A DNA stretch of 64,000 nt from Vicinamibacteria bacterium (lineage in GTDB: Bacteria > Acidobacteriota > Vicinamibacteria > Marinacidobacterales > Marinacidobacteraceae). Position numbers and translations under genes: made by a program. The DNA lies in contig OZ246946.1 in NCBI GenBank assembly GCA_965232015.1, positions 60,688-124,687 on the forward strand, in the 5' to 3' direction. The notes below the pieces were generated by a model. That model had not been told where the DNA came from, searched no databases, and was given only the letters and a program-made list of their open reading frames with translations. Positions 1-8,215 of this stretch are shown in pieces (position 1 is the stretch's first letter; every line of letters starts with the position of its first letter).

Positions 1-1351
1 CGTCGCGGTGAACTCGGAGGTCTTCCGCCGGATGGGCATCCGGGACGACGATCCGGCGACCTGGCCGGCGTGGTGGCTCGAAGACCCCGAGAACTTCACC
101 TTCGAGGACCAGATCCTGCGCGCCGAACGCGAGGTGACGCTCGACGACGAACGGACCACCCGCGAGGTCCCGACCGGCGTGTTCCTCGGCGCCCGCGCCT
201 CCCGGCTCGTGAGCGAGCGTCCGCCGCCGGAGGACTTCGAGGATGAGGTGGAGAGCGTGCGGCTCGGAGTCGCCGAGTTGCTCTCGCTCGGCGTCACCGC
301 CATCGTGGATCCCTCGTCGCGCATGGGCCACAACATGCGCGTGTACCAGGAGGCCGCGAACCGCGGGCTCGTCCGCCTGCGCATCGCCGCGGTGTACGAG
401 GGGACCTTCAACACGCACCCGCCGGAGGAGATCGGCGGCCACCTGGACGGGATCAAGGTGAACAACCTCGGCGACGAGTTCCTCCGCTGGAGGGGCGTCA
501 AGGTGTACGGCGACGGCGGCGTCGGCACCCGCAGCGCGTGGATGTCCGAGCCCTTCCACCTCTGGGACGAACTCGAGGGCGAGCGGAACCTGGGGAACCC
601 GGTGGTCCGCGACTACGGGCTCCGCGAGTCCCAGTACCGGGCGATCCGCGCCCACGGCTGGGATCTCCATACCCACAGTTGCGGCGATCAGGCGATGCGC
701 CAGACGGTGGACCTCTACATGAAGCTCCTGGACGAGATGCGGGACGAGTCGGGCGAGGTCCCCGACCTCCGCTGGAGCGTCATCCACGCCTACTTCCCCA
801 TCGAGCCGAAGACCCGGGTGCTCGAGGACATGGCTCGCTACGGCATCGTCGCCGCCACGAATCCGGTGTTCAACTGGCAGCAGGGCTTCTCGTTCGCCGC
901 GAACTCCGGCCCGTCACGGATGGCGCGGCTCCAGCCGTTCCGGACCTACATGCGCAGCGGCGTCATCATGGCGTCGGGCTCCGACTACGGAGTCACCACC
1001 CACGACCCGTGGATGGGGTTTTATGCGCTCCTCACCCGCAAGGACCAGAAGTCCGGCGTCTCGTGGGGCGAGGACGAGACCGTGACGGTGGCGGAGGCGC
1101 TTCGCTCCTACACCTGGAACGGCGCGTTCCTGACCCACGACGAGGACGAGCGCGGCAGCCTCGAGCCGGGCAAGCTGGCCGATCTCACCGTGCTCGACCT
1201 GCCCTCGCTCGACGCCCTCGGCGACGATCCCGAGCTGGCGTTTTCGATGCGCGAGCGCGTCGTCGCCACCCTCGTGGCCGGCGAACTCGTCCACGGCTCG
1301 CTTCCGGAACGCCGGACTCCACCAGTTCTCCCGGCGGGGGGCCGGCACTGA
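1..1351 (+). CDS. Amidohydrolase-family metal-dependent hydrolase (Amidohydro_3/YtcJ-like), 5' end cut by window edge
   Basis: Track ORF 8..1351, with the frame open back to nt 2. Family-typical motifs HTHSCGDQA, GSDYGVTTHDPW and LEPGKLADLTVLD. The last ~14 codons (LPERRTPPVLPAGGRH) are encoded by repeat cluster R1. Confidence 0.8.
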   Translation, partial: VAVNSEVFRRMGIRDDDPATWPAWWLEDPENFTFEDQILRAEREVTLDDERTTREVPTGVFLGARASRLVSERPPPEDFEDEVESVRLGVAELLSLGVTAIVDPSSRMGHNMRVYQEAANRGLVRLRIAAVYEGTFNTHPPEEIGGHLDGIKVNNLGDEFLRWRGVKVYGDGGVGTRSAWMSEPFHLWDELEGERNLGNPVVRDYGLRESQYRAIRAHGWDLHTHSCGDQAMRQTVDLYMKLLDEMRDESGEVPDLRWSVIHAYFPIEPKTRVLEDMARYGIVAATNPVFNWQQGFSFAANSGPSRMARLQPFRTYMRSGVIMASGSDYGVTTHDPWMGFYALLTRKDQKSGVSWGEDETVTVAEALRSYTWNGAFLTHDEDERGSLEPGKLADLTVLDLPSLDALGDDPELAFSMRERVVATLVAGELVHGSLPERRTPPVLPAGGRH

Positions 1352-1766
1352 GAGACCCGTCCGACCGGCGCCGCCGGCGTGCCGGACTCCAGTCCCTTGC
1401 CGGGCCCCCACCGGGAGAACTGGCGCCGGACTCCAGTCTCATGCCGGGCCCCCACCGGGAGAACTGGCGCCGGACTCCAGTCTCATGCCGGGCCCCCACC
1501 GGGAGAACTGGCGCCGGACTCCAGTCCGGCACAGCGCCCCATTCGACCGGCTCCTCCTGCCGGAACGCCGGACTCCAGTCCGGCACTGAGAGACCCGTCC
1601 GACCGGCGCCGCGCCCCACTCGACCGGCTCCTCCCTGTCGGAACGCCGGACTCCAGTCTCATGCCGGGCCCCCACCGGGAGAACTGGCGCCGGACTCCAG
1701 TCCGGCAATTCTCCCGGCTCAAGGCCGCCTTGCCCATCGGCGCCGGTCTGGAGACCGGCGCTCCAT
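1321..1766. repeat. Repeat cluster R1 of the dispersed family, including 44-nt tandem units
   Basis: Seven exact copies of CCGGACTCCAGTC. Three abutting 44-nt units at 1381-1424, 1425-1468 and 1469-1512, and a fourth at 1645-1688. Ends with CGCCGGTCTGGAGACCGGCGCTCCAT. Confidence 0.9.
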
Positions 1767-1974
1767 GTCGCCTCTGCGCTACTCTCCAGACATGGACCCC
1801 GAAGTCATCGCCATCCTCACCGTCGGGGTGGGCCTCGCCGGACTCCTCCTTTCCATCCGCGCCGACATCAAGTCCCTTACGGACAAGGTCGCTACGCTCG
1901 CAGAGCGGGTCGCCCACCTCGAGGGGGCCTTCGGCGGCTTCCATCCGCCGCCCCCCGCCTCCCGGACCGAATAG
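1765..1974 (+). CDS. Small hypothetical membrane/coiled-coil protein (69 aa)
   Basis: ATG at 1765 in the frame of track ORF 538..1974. One hydrophobic helix (IAILTVGVGLAGLLLSI) followed by a heptad-like segment (IKSLTDKVATLAERVAHLEG). Codon third positions are mostly G/C. No family recognised. Confidence 0.35.
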   Translation: MSPLRYSPDMDPEVIAILTVGVGLAGLLLSIRADIKSLTDKVATLAERVAHLEGAFGGFHPPPPASRTE

Positions 1975-2227
1975 CGCTTACCGGCCCAACCGCCACCAGC
2001 CACGCGGATTCGCGGCGCGCCGCCGGCGAGTTGAACCCCCGGTGTGCTGAGGCTAGAGTCCCAACTCAACACCACCCGTCGGATGACCCCCCAGATAGGG
2101 ATGCGGGTATCCGGCTCTCTCTACCCCAGGGGCGCCTTCGGGCGTCCCTGAATCCCTGTACGGCGTCGTATTGGACGAAGTGCCCGACTCGTCCCCGAGC
2201 CGGCAACCCAGGCACCGGGTCCGAGTT

Positions 2228-2448
2228 TTGGTGGACTTCTGGAACTACACGCTCCTCATGCGTGACCTGGATCCGGCGTTTCACACCGACTGGTCGAGGA
2301 ATTTCTCGAGACTCGTGGCATCAAAGTGATCCACGCGGCGTTCCCCCCCAAGGGAGCCCAACTGACGGCGAGGTGTTGGGGCAGCCTGAGCGTGCCAGGA
2401 CTCCGCGACGCTTTCCGCCGTGTCCCGCAACACGCGACAGCCGGATGA
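2228..2448 (+). pseudogene. Degraded IS630/Tc1-mariner-like DDE transposase C-terminal fragment
   Basis: Two adjacent frames read LLMRDLDPAFHT / SHRLVEEFLETRGIKVIHAAFPPKGAQLTARCWGSL. This parallels the IS630-family pattern (W)DNxxAHrs..V.eFL...gI.....PPYsPeLNP.E..W..LK. It is frameshifted and truncated, in a locally lower-GC, otherwise non-coding stretch. Confidence 0.4.
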
Positions 2449-2730
2449 GGCCGTCGCCTGGAACGCAGTTGATCGGGTGCTCCGCGCCGCGGTATAAAGG
2501 AATCACCCGCGCAACCAAGCCAGCCCCCAAGGAGGTCGAGTCCATGACGCCGCCGGACGACTTCCTCCCCGGACCCGAGCCGGGGGTTTGAGGCTGGATC
2601 CCACCCCGATCGGGTCCGGTGAACCGGATGAGTTCCCGGAACCCTGACCGCGCAGATCGGCAGCAGGGCGCACCTCGCGCCAGATGCTGCATCGGGGCCT
2701 GAAGCCCTTCCAGGGGTTCCGGGGCTCTTC

Positions 2731-3831
2731 GTGTACGGATCGGTCCGCCGCTGCTGCGCCCGCGCGGCGCTCCTCGTCGCCGTCGCGCTGGCGCTTCCCG
2801 CCTGCGACGCGCGCCTCCACCTCTACATCCACGCCGGCCGCGAGACCCTGCTCCCCGGTCGGTCCTATGGCGACTCCCTCCTGGTCCAGGGCTACGTCGC
2901 CTCCGTCCCTCCCGGTCGAGGCATCCCCGCCGGCGAGCCGCTCCGCCGCTTCGTCCTCCGCCATCCGGTGCGTCTGCCGGATTGGAACGGCTCGCTGGTG
3001 ATCGGCGCCCATCGCGGCGTCGGCGGGATCCGGCGGGGCGAGGACGGGCGCGAACTCGGGACCGGCGAGACCGACCTCGACGACCTCGTCGGCTGGTGGG
3101 CGCTCGATCAGGGATTCGCGTGGGCGAGTTTCGACCGCGCCGGGCTGGCCGACGAGGAGGCGGCGCTTCGTCTCACCGAGGCGTTCGCCCGGCTCATGTT
3201 CGACCAGATCCGTCCCCGCCTGGCCCGGGATCCCGACCGGATCCTCCTTCTCGGCTTCGGCGAGGGCGGCGGCATCGCCCGGCAGGCGGCCTCGATTGGC
3301 GACGACGAGGTCTTCGCCGGCGCGGTCCTCGTCTCGGCGACGCTCGGAGATCCGGAACACGCCGCCCGCCGACGGTCCGCCCGGCTCGCGCTCACCGGCT
3401 CGGAAGACCGCCTCGCCGCCTACGCCGAGGCGGCCGGCGTCCCCGTCGAGGGCAGCCGCTTCTGGCCGTTCCACGACGCTGCGGCCACGGCGAGTCCGCG
3501 CCCGGTGCTGCCGCAGCCCTCCGCCGCGCTCCGGATTCCGGTGTTCGAAGTCGTCGGAACCCTCGACGACTGGGTGCTGCCCGAGGTGCTCTCCTTCCGC
3601 GACCGCGTCCAGGAGGCCTCGGCGGGTCCGCTCCACGACCTCCGCCTCGTGCCCGGGGCCTGGCGAGCCGACCCCGACGACGATCTCGTCTCCGAGTTCC
3701 GCGGGATCGCAGCGGAACTCGGCCTCGACGAACCCGACGCGGGAGCCCTCGCCACCGGCGCTCCGCTCGCGCCTGAGGTCCGGCGGGCGCTGAACGACCT
3801 CCAGCGCGCGCTTGCCGCCGGGGCTTCCTGA
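2731..3831 (+). CDS. Hypothetical lipoprotein (possibly alpha/beta-hydrolase-like)
   Basis: Track ORF with GTG start. Signal peptide plus lipobox (LALPAC). Protein-like composition. No confident family call. Confidence 0.6.
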   Translation: MYGSVRRCCARAALLVAVALALPACDARLHLYIHAGRETLLPGRSYGDSLLVQGYVASVPPGRGIPAGEPLRRFVLRHPVRLPDWNGSLVIGAHRGVGGIRRGEDGRELGTGETDLDDLVGWWALDQGFAWASFDRAGLADEEAALRLTEAFARLMFDQIRPRLARDPDRILLLGFGEGGGIARQAASIGDDEVFAGAVLVSATLGDPEHAARRRSARLALTGSEDRLAAYAEAAGVPVEGSRFWPFHDAAATASPRPVLPQPSAALRIPVFEVVGTLDDWVLPEVLSFRDRVQEASAGPLHDLRLVPGAWRADPDDDLVSEFRGIAAELGLDEPDAGALATGAPLAPEVRRALNDLQRALAAGAS

Positions 3832-3836
3832 TTCCG

Positions 3837-5135
3837 GTGCCGCCCGACGGCGCCCGCACCCGGCCGGTGCGCGCTTTCGGCGTCCTGCTCCTCGGCGCGG
3901 TGCTCGGGTCCACCGCCTACCTGCTCGTGATCACGGTCACGCCGGTTCTCGCCGACCGCTTCCTCTCCGGCTCGCCGTGGTTGGGGCTCCCCAACGCCGC
4001 GCTGATCGTCGGAGTCTCCTTCGGCGCCCCGCTGCTGAGCCGCCTCATCCCCGGGAACGGCCGGGTCCGCGCCCTCGCCCTCGGCTTCCTCGTCGCCGCC
4101 CTCGCCGCCGCATTCGCTTCCGCCGCCTCCGCTGGCAGCTCGTTCCTCCCGTTCGTGCTGTGCTGCCTTCTGCTCGGGGCCGGGCACGCCGCTTACCACC
4201 TGATCCGGTATTCGGCGGCGCTTCTCGTACCGGCCCGCAGCCGGGGCCGGGCCGTCGGCCTCGTCGTGTGGGCCTCGGTCGTGGCCAGTTTCCTCGCCCC
4301 GGCGCTGTTTTCCGGGATCGAATGGATCGCCGCGGCGTGGGAGACCCCGTCGATCGGGCTCACCTATCTGGTGTCGGCAGCTCTCTTCGGTTCCATCGGA
4401 GTCCTGTTCGTGAGGAGCCGGGCGCTCGCCGCCCGACGCGCCTTCGCCCCGGCCCGACCGGGAGCGCCTGGCCCCCGACGACACGCCGGGGGAGCGGCCG
4501 CGGAGCCGTCGCTGGCCCGGCGCGACCTCGTCCTCGCGGTGGTCTCCATGGTCGCGGCCCAGGCGGCGATGATGGTCATGATGACGATGACGCCGGTCCA
4601 GGTCGTCGCCGGTGGGGGTTCGCTGACCGGACTGGGGGCGATCATGGGCGCGCACACCCTCGGGATGTTCCTCCTCTCGCCCCTGGTCGGCTACGGCGCC
4701 GACCGGTTCGGCGAGCGCCCGGTGATCGCGGTCGGCGGCGCGCTGCTCCTCGTTTCCGGCGTCCTGGGCGCGGTGGCGCCGGTCGAGGCCGGCTTCCTGA
4801 TGGGGCTCGCGCTCTACCTGCTGGGGCTGGGGTGGTGCGTCGCATTCGTCGCCGCGAGCGCGCTGCTCTCCCGCGGACCCGACACGCCGGCGAAGGTGCG
4901 CCGCCAGGGGCGGGCCGACTCGCTGAACTGGTTCGTGGCCGCCCTGGCGAGCGTCGGTTCGGGGCTGCTGATGAGCCGGTTCGGTTTTCCGACGGTCGCC
5001 GCCGCGGCGGCGGTCCTGGGGCTCGTCCCTCTCATCGCCGCCCTGTCCGGAATGACCCGCGCCTGGGTCAGGCCGGCAGCCGGAGGTAGCGCTCCTCGAG
5101 GATCCGCCGGTGGTGGACCGCATGACCCAGCGTGA
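3837..5135 (+). CDS. MFS transporter
   Basis: 432-aa ORF with about 12 hydrophobic segments in two halves separated by a charged central loop, and an R-rich loop after TM2. Typical MFS layout. Confidence 0.8.
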   Translation: MPPDGARTRPVRAFGVLLLGAVLGSTAYLLVITVTPVLADRFLSGSPWLGLPNAALIVGVSFGAPLLSRLIPGNGRVRALALGFLVAALAAAFASAASAGSSFLPFVLCCLLLGAGHAAYHLIRYSAALLVPARSRGRAVGLVVWASVVASFLAPALFSGIEWIAAAWETPSIGLTYLVSAALFGSIGVLFVRSRALAARRAFAPARPGAPGPRRHAGGAAAEPSLARRDLVLAVVSMVAAQAAMMVMMTMTPVQVVAGGGSLTGLGAIMGAHTLGMFLLSPLVGYGADRFGERPVIAVGGALLLVSGVLGAVAPVEAGFLMGLALYLLGLGWCVAFVAASALLSRGPDTPAKVRRQGRADSLNWFVAALASVGSGLLMSRFGFPTVAAAAAVLGLVPLIAALSGMTRAWVRPAAGGSAPRGSAGGGPHDPA

Positions 5136-5601
5136 ACCACGCCAGCGCCCGAACCGTGAAGCGGACTCCACTGGCTTCGCCCCAGGCCCCGAGTTCGTCC
5201 TCTCCGAACGAGCGCAGGAGGCTCACGGTCGCCGCCCGGGCCGTGTCCAGCTCATCGAGGAGCGAGGCGAGGCTGCGGCGCCGGTGCCCCGCCGCTGCCG
5301 CCCACGGATCCTGATCCATCCCCGGGAGCGGCGCCCGATCCTCCCTCGCGAAGTGGAGCATCCGGAACGCCATGACCCGCTCCACGTCGGAAAGATGGCC
5401 CACGACCTCCTTCACCGACCACTTGCCCGGAGCGTAGGCCCGGTCGGCGTCGTCCTCCGAGAGCTCGGCGAGCCGCGCCCGCAGGGTGCGCATCTCGGCC
5501 AGCGCGGTCTCCGGCAGGTCCCCGTCGGGCACCCGGCCAGCGGCCCTGAGGTAATAGTCGGGCCCTTCTTCAGGTCGGGGGCGTGTCCACATGCGGGTCA
5601 T
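5068..5601 (-). CDS. DinB-family (DinB_2-like) metal-dependent protein
   Basis: The C-terminal 177 aa of track ORF 5068..6366 starting at MTRMW (cat at 5599-5601). Motifs KWSVKEVVGHLSDVERV and LGHAVHHRRIL. Upstream part of the ORF is antisense to the RidA gene. Confidence 0.8.
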   Translation of the reverse strand: MTRMWTRPRPEEGPDYYLRAAGRVPDGDLPETALAEMRTLRARLAELSEDDADRAYAPGKWSVKEVVGHLSDVERVMAFRMLHFAREDRAPLPGMDQDPWAAAAGHRRRSLASLLDELDTARAATVSLLRSFGEDELGAWGEASGVRFTVRALAWFTLGHAVHHRRILEERYLRLPA

Positions 5602-5655
5602 GCTACGCGAGATCCCGGGGATACCATCCCGGCCATCTTCCGGAGGCTCCCGTCC

Positions 5656-6141
5656 ATGCGCCGCACCCTGATCCCCACCCTGCTCGCTGCCGTTTTCACC
5701 GCCTGCGCCGCGCCGCCGCCTCCTCCGCCGGCGCCGGCCGAGCCGGAGCCGCCGGAGAAAGTCCGGCTCAGCGGCCAGATTCCGCCGGTCGGCCCCTACT
5801 CCGCGGGCGTGGACATCGGCGGGCTCGTCTTCCTCGCCGGGCAGATCGCGCTCGATCCCGCCGGCGGCGGCCTCGTCGAGGGCGGCATTGCCGAGCAGAC
5901 CCATCAGGTCATGCAGAACCTGCAGGCGGTGTTGGAAGAGGCCGGTCTCGGCTTCGGGGACGTGGTGCGCACCGGGGTCTTTCTCGCCGACGTGAACGAC
6001 TTCGCCGCGATGAACGAGGTGTACGCCTCCTACTTCCCCGAAGGCGCGATCCCGCCGGTGCGCACCACGGTCGCGGTAGCGGCGATCCCGCTCGGCGCGC
6101 TGCTCGAGATCGACATGATCGCGGCCCGCACCGCCGAGTAG
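5656..6141 (+). CDS. RidA/YjgF/UK114-family protein with lipoprotein signal peptide
   Basis: ATG at 5656. Lipobox FTAC followed by a Pro-rich linker, then a RidA core (GPYSAGV, FLAGQIALDP, VRTGVFLADVNDFAAMNEVY, PVRTTVAV). Confidence 0.85.
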   Translation: MRRTLIPTLLAAVFTACAAPPPPPPAPAEPEPPEKVRLSGQIPPVGPYSAGVDIGGLVFLAGQIALDPAGGGLVEGGIAEQTHQVMQNLQAVLEEAGLGFGDVVRTGVFLADVNDFAAMNEVYASYFPEGAIPPVRTTVAVAAIPLGALLEIDMIAARTAE

Positions 6142-6193
6142 TCGCTCTCTTCCGGGCGCACGAGGGCTTGGCGCAGGGTCCGGGAGGCGCATC

Positions 6194-7534
6194 TTGACCC
6201 CCGCAGCGAAGCTCGCGATGCGCACCGCGGCTCTGTTCGTCGTCGCGAACATGATCGGGACCGGGGTGTTCACCTCGCTCGGCTTCCAGGTGGCGGCCAT
6301 CCCGTCGAGCTTCCCGATCCTGCTGCTGTGGGTCGCGGGAGGCGTCATCGCGCTCTGCGGCGCCATGGTTTACGGAGAGCTCGGTTCGGCGCTGCCCCAT
6401 TCGGGCGGGGAGTACGCCCTTCTCCGCAGGACCATGCACCCGGCGGCCGGCTTCGCCGCCGGCTTCGTCTCCGCCACCGTGGGTTTCGCGGCGCCGACCG
6501 CGCTGGCCGCGATGGCGATGGCCGCCTATCTGACTCCGCTCGTCCCCGGCCTTCCGGTGACCCACGCTGCCGCCGCGGTGGTCATCCTGTTCACGGTCGT
6601 GCACTCGCTCTCGGTGCGCTGGGGGAGCGGCGTGAACGATCTCCTCACCGCAGCGAAGATCGTGCTGGTGGCGGGGTTCTGCGTGGCCGGATTCTTTGCT
6701 CCCCCGGTGATCCGGCCGCTGGAGTACTGGCCCGGAGACTTCCATCGGATGCTGGGTCCGGGTTTCGCGGTCTCCCTGATCTTCGTCTCCTATGCCTACA
6801 CCGGATGGAACGCCGCCGCCTACGTGGTCGGCGAACTGCGCCGACCCGAACGTCTCACCCGCGCCCTCGTGGGAGGCACGCTCCTCGTCACGGTCCTCTA
6901 CTTCCTGGTGAACTTCGTGATCCTCCGGGCCGTGCCGCTCTACCACCTCGAAGGGACGATCGAGGTCGGTTATCTCGCTGCGGACCGGGTGTTCGGGGAC
7001 ATGGGCGGGCGCGTCATGTCCGGTCTCCTCGCCCTCGTCCTCGCCTCCACGGTGAGCTCGATGGTGTTCCTCGGTCCTCGGGTGGTGCGCGCGATGGGCG
7101 AGGACGAACCGCTCCTCGCCGCCCTCGCGGTCTCGGACCGCGGCGGCGTGCCCCGACGCGCCCTCGGGCTACAGCTCGTGGTGATCCTGACGCTGCTCTA
7201 CTCCGGCACCTTCGAGCAGGTCCTCCTCTATGCCGGATTCACCCTGAACCTGATGACGGCCGCCACCGTCGCCGGCGTGTTCCGTCTCCGGGCCGGGCGG
7301 GTCGAGGGGGCGGTCACGGGCCGGTTCCGCACCCCCCTCCACCCGTTCCTCCCGGTGCTGTTCCTGGTGATGAGCGGCTGGGCGCTCGGCTACACCCTCT
7401 TCGAGCGGCCGGCGGAATCGCTGCTCGGACTCTCGACCGCGCTGGTGGGCGCGCTCCTCTATTTCCCGATCCGCCGCCGCACCGTCGCTGCGCCGCCGGC
7501 GGCGGTCCCCGGTCAGTACCCCGCGGGGAGCTGA
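6194..7534 (+). CDS. APC-superfamily amino acid permease
   Basis: 446-aa polytopic ORF with TTG start. N-terminal IGTGVFTSLG motif and GGEYALL, typical of the APC family. Confidence 0.85.
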   Translation: MTPAAKLAMRTAALFVVANMIGTGVFTSLGFQVAAIPSSFPILLLWVAGGVIALCGAMVYGELGSALPHSGGEYALLRRTMHPAAGFAAGFVSATVGFAAPTALAAMAMAAYLTPLVPGLPVTHAAAAVVILFTVVHSLSVRWGSGVNDLLTAAKIVLVAGFCVAGFFAPPVIRPLEYWPGDFHRMLGPGFAVSLIFVSYAYTGWNAAAYVVGELRRPERLTRALVGGTLLVTVLYFLVNFVILRAVPLYHLEGTIEVGYLAADRVFGDMGGRVMSGLLALVLASTVSSMVFLGPRVVRAMGEDEPLLAALAVSDRGGVPRRALGLQLVVILTLLYSGTFEQVLLYAGFTLNLMTAATVAGVFRLRAGRVEGAVTGRFRTPLHPFLPVLFLVMSGWALGYTLFERPAESLLGLSTALVGALLYFPIRRRTVAAPPAAVPGQYPAGS

Positions 7535-8013
7535 TCCCGGAACCGGCGGCAGAACATTTCCAGTTCGTCCGCGAGCTGGCTGGCGGCGAATCCGAGCTGA
7601 TCTTTCCCGTCGAGGCGGCGATCAATCCCGGTGATCGTCTCGCGGGTCTCATCCAGGACCGCGAGCGCGTCGATCAGGTGGAAACCGGCCTCGCCGGTGA
7701 TGGTTCCGCGTGACGCGGTGGGGCCTCGCATCAGGAGCGGCTCCCTCAGATCGTCCACGTAGCGGATCAGCCGCAGCACTACGGTCGCCTCCGCTCTCGC
7801 TTCGACGACCTCGAACCAGGCCTCCCGACGCTGGAGCTGATCCCGCACCGCGACCAGAGCCTCGGCCAGGAGCGCGCGCTCTTCCGCATCCGCCGTGGAA
7901 GCGGAATACACGAAGACCGGGATGCGAACCGACGGATCCCAGTCCGTCAGGGAGAGCGCCGCCGAGCAGCCCGTCGCGATGAGGAGGGCCGCGCCGACGA
8001 CGAGCCCCCGCAC
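7513..8013 (-). CDS. Hypothetical lipoprotein
   Basis: GTG at 8013 gives VRGLVVGAALLIATGC (lipobox). The track ORF's upstream 43 codons lie in repeat cluster R2. Has a 22-nt convergent overlap with the permease gene. Confidence 0.5.
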   Translation of the reverse strand: MRGLVVGAALLIATGCSAALSLTDWDPSVRIPVFVYSASTADAEERALLAEALVAVRDQLQRREAWFEVVEARAEATVVLRLIRYVDDLREPLLMRGPTASRGTITGEAGFHLIDALAVLDETRETITGIDRRLDGKDQLGFAASQLADELEMFCRRFRDQLPAGY

Positions 8014-8015
8014 CG

Positions 8016-8212
8016 TATGGAGCGCCGTATGGAGCGCCGGTCTCCAGACCGGCACGGGGACCACACCGGCGCCTATGGAGTGCCGCTCTCCACCGGTTCT
8101 CCCGGCCAGTTCTCCCGGTGGGGGCGGGGCGGGGTGCGGCACGGCTACCGAGTCTGGTCGTGTCGCCCGTGCCGGTCTGGAGACCGGCGCTCCATAGGAG
8201 CCCGGCGCTCCC
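8016..8212. repeat. Repeat cluster R2, containing a 167-bp element with perfect 26-bp terminal inverted repeats
   Basis: ATGGAGCGCCGGTCTCCAGACCGGCA at 8029-8054 is the exact reverse complement of 8170-8195. The interior carries CCAGTTCTCCCGGTGGGGG. Confidence 0.9.
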
Positions 8213-8215
8213 TGT

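Noticed and set aside
1381-1512. Possible CRISPR arrays (the tandem repeats at 1381-1512 and 9059-9136)
   Set aside because: The units abut directly with no unique spacers. The repeat sequence is the same dispersed family found singly elsewhere. No cas genes are in the window.
2031-2591. 186-aa plus ORF in the gene-poor gap
   Set aside because: The translation is low-complexity and crosses the frameshifted IS630-like remnant. It is better explained as decayed, non-functional sequence.
5068-5135. 68-nt convergent overlap of the MFS and DinB-family genes (possible frameshift or mis-called stop)
   Set aside because: Both reading frames are intact to their stops and both C-termini look native. 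Long convergent overlaps are common when stop codons are rare in high-GC DNA. No evidence of error.
3420-5171. 583-aa minus-strand ORF, with similar ORFs at 2503..3636, 3812..5089 and 5909..6946
   Set aside because: These are R/G/P/E-rich low-complexity translations antisense to, or out of frame with, the lipoprotein, MFS and APC genes, which have clear transmembrane or family signatures.
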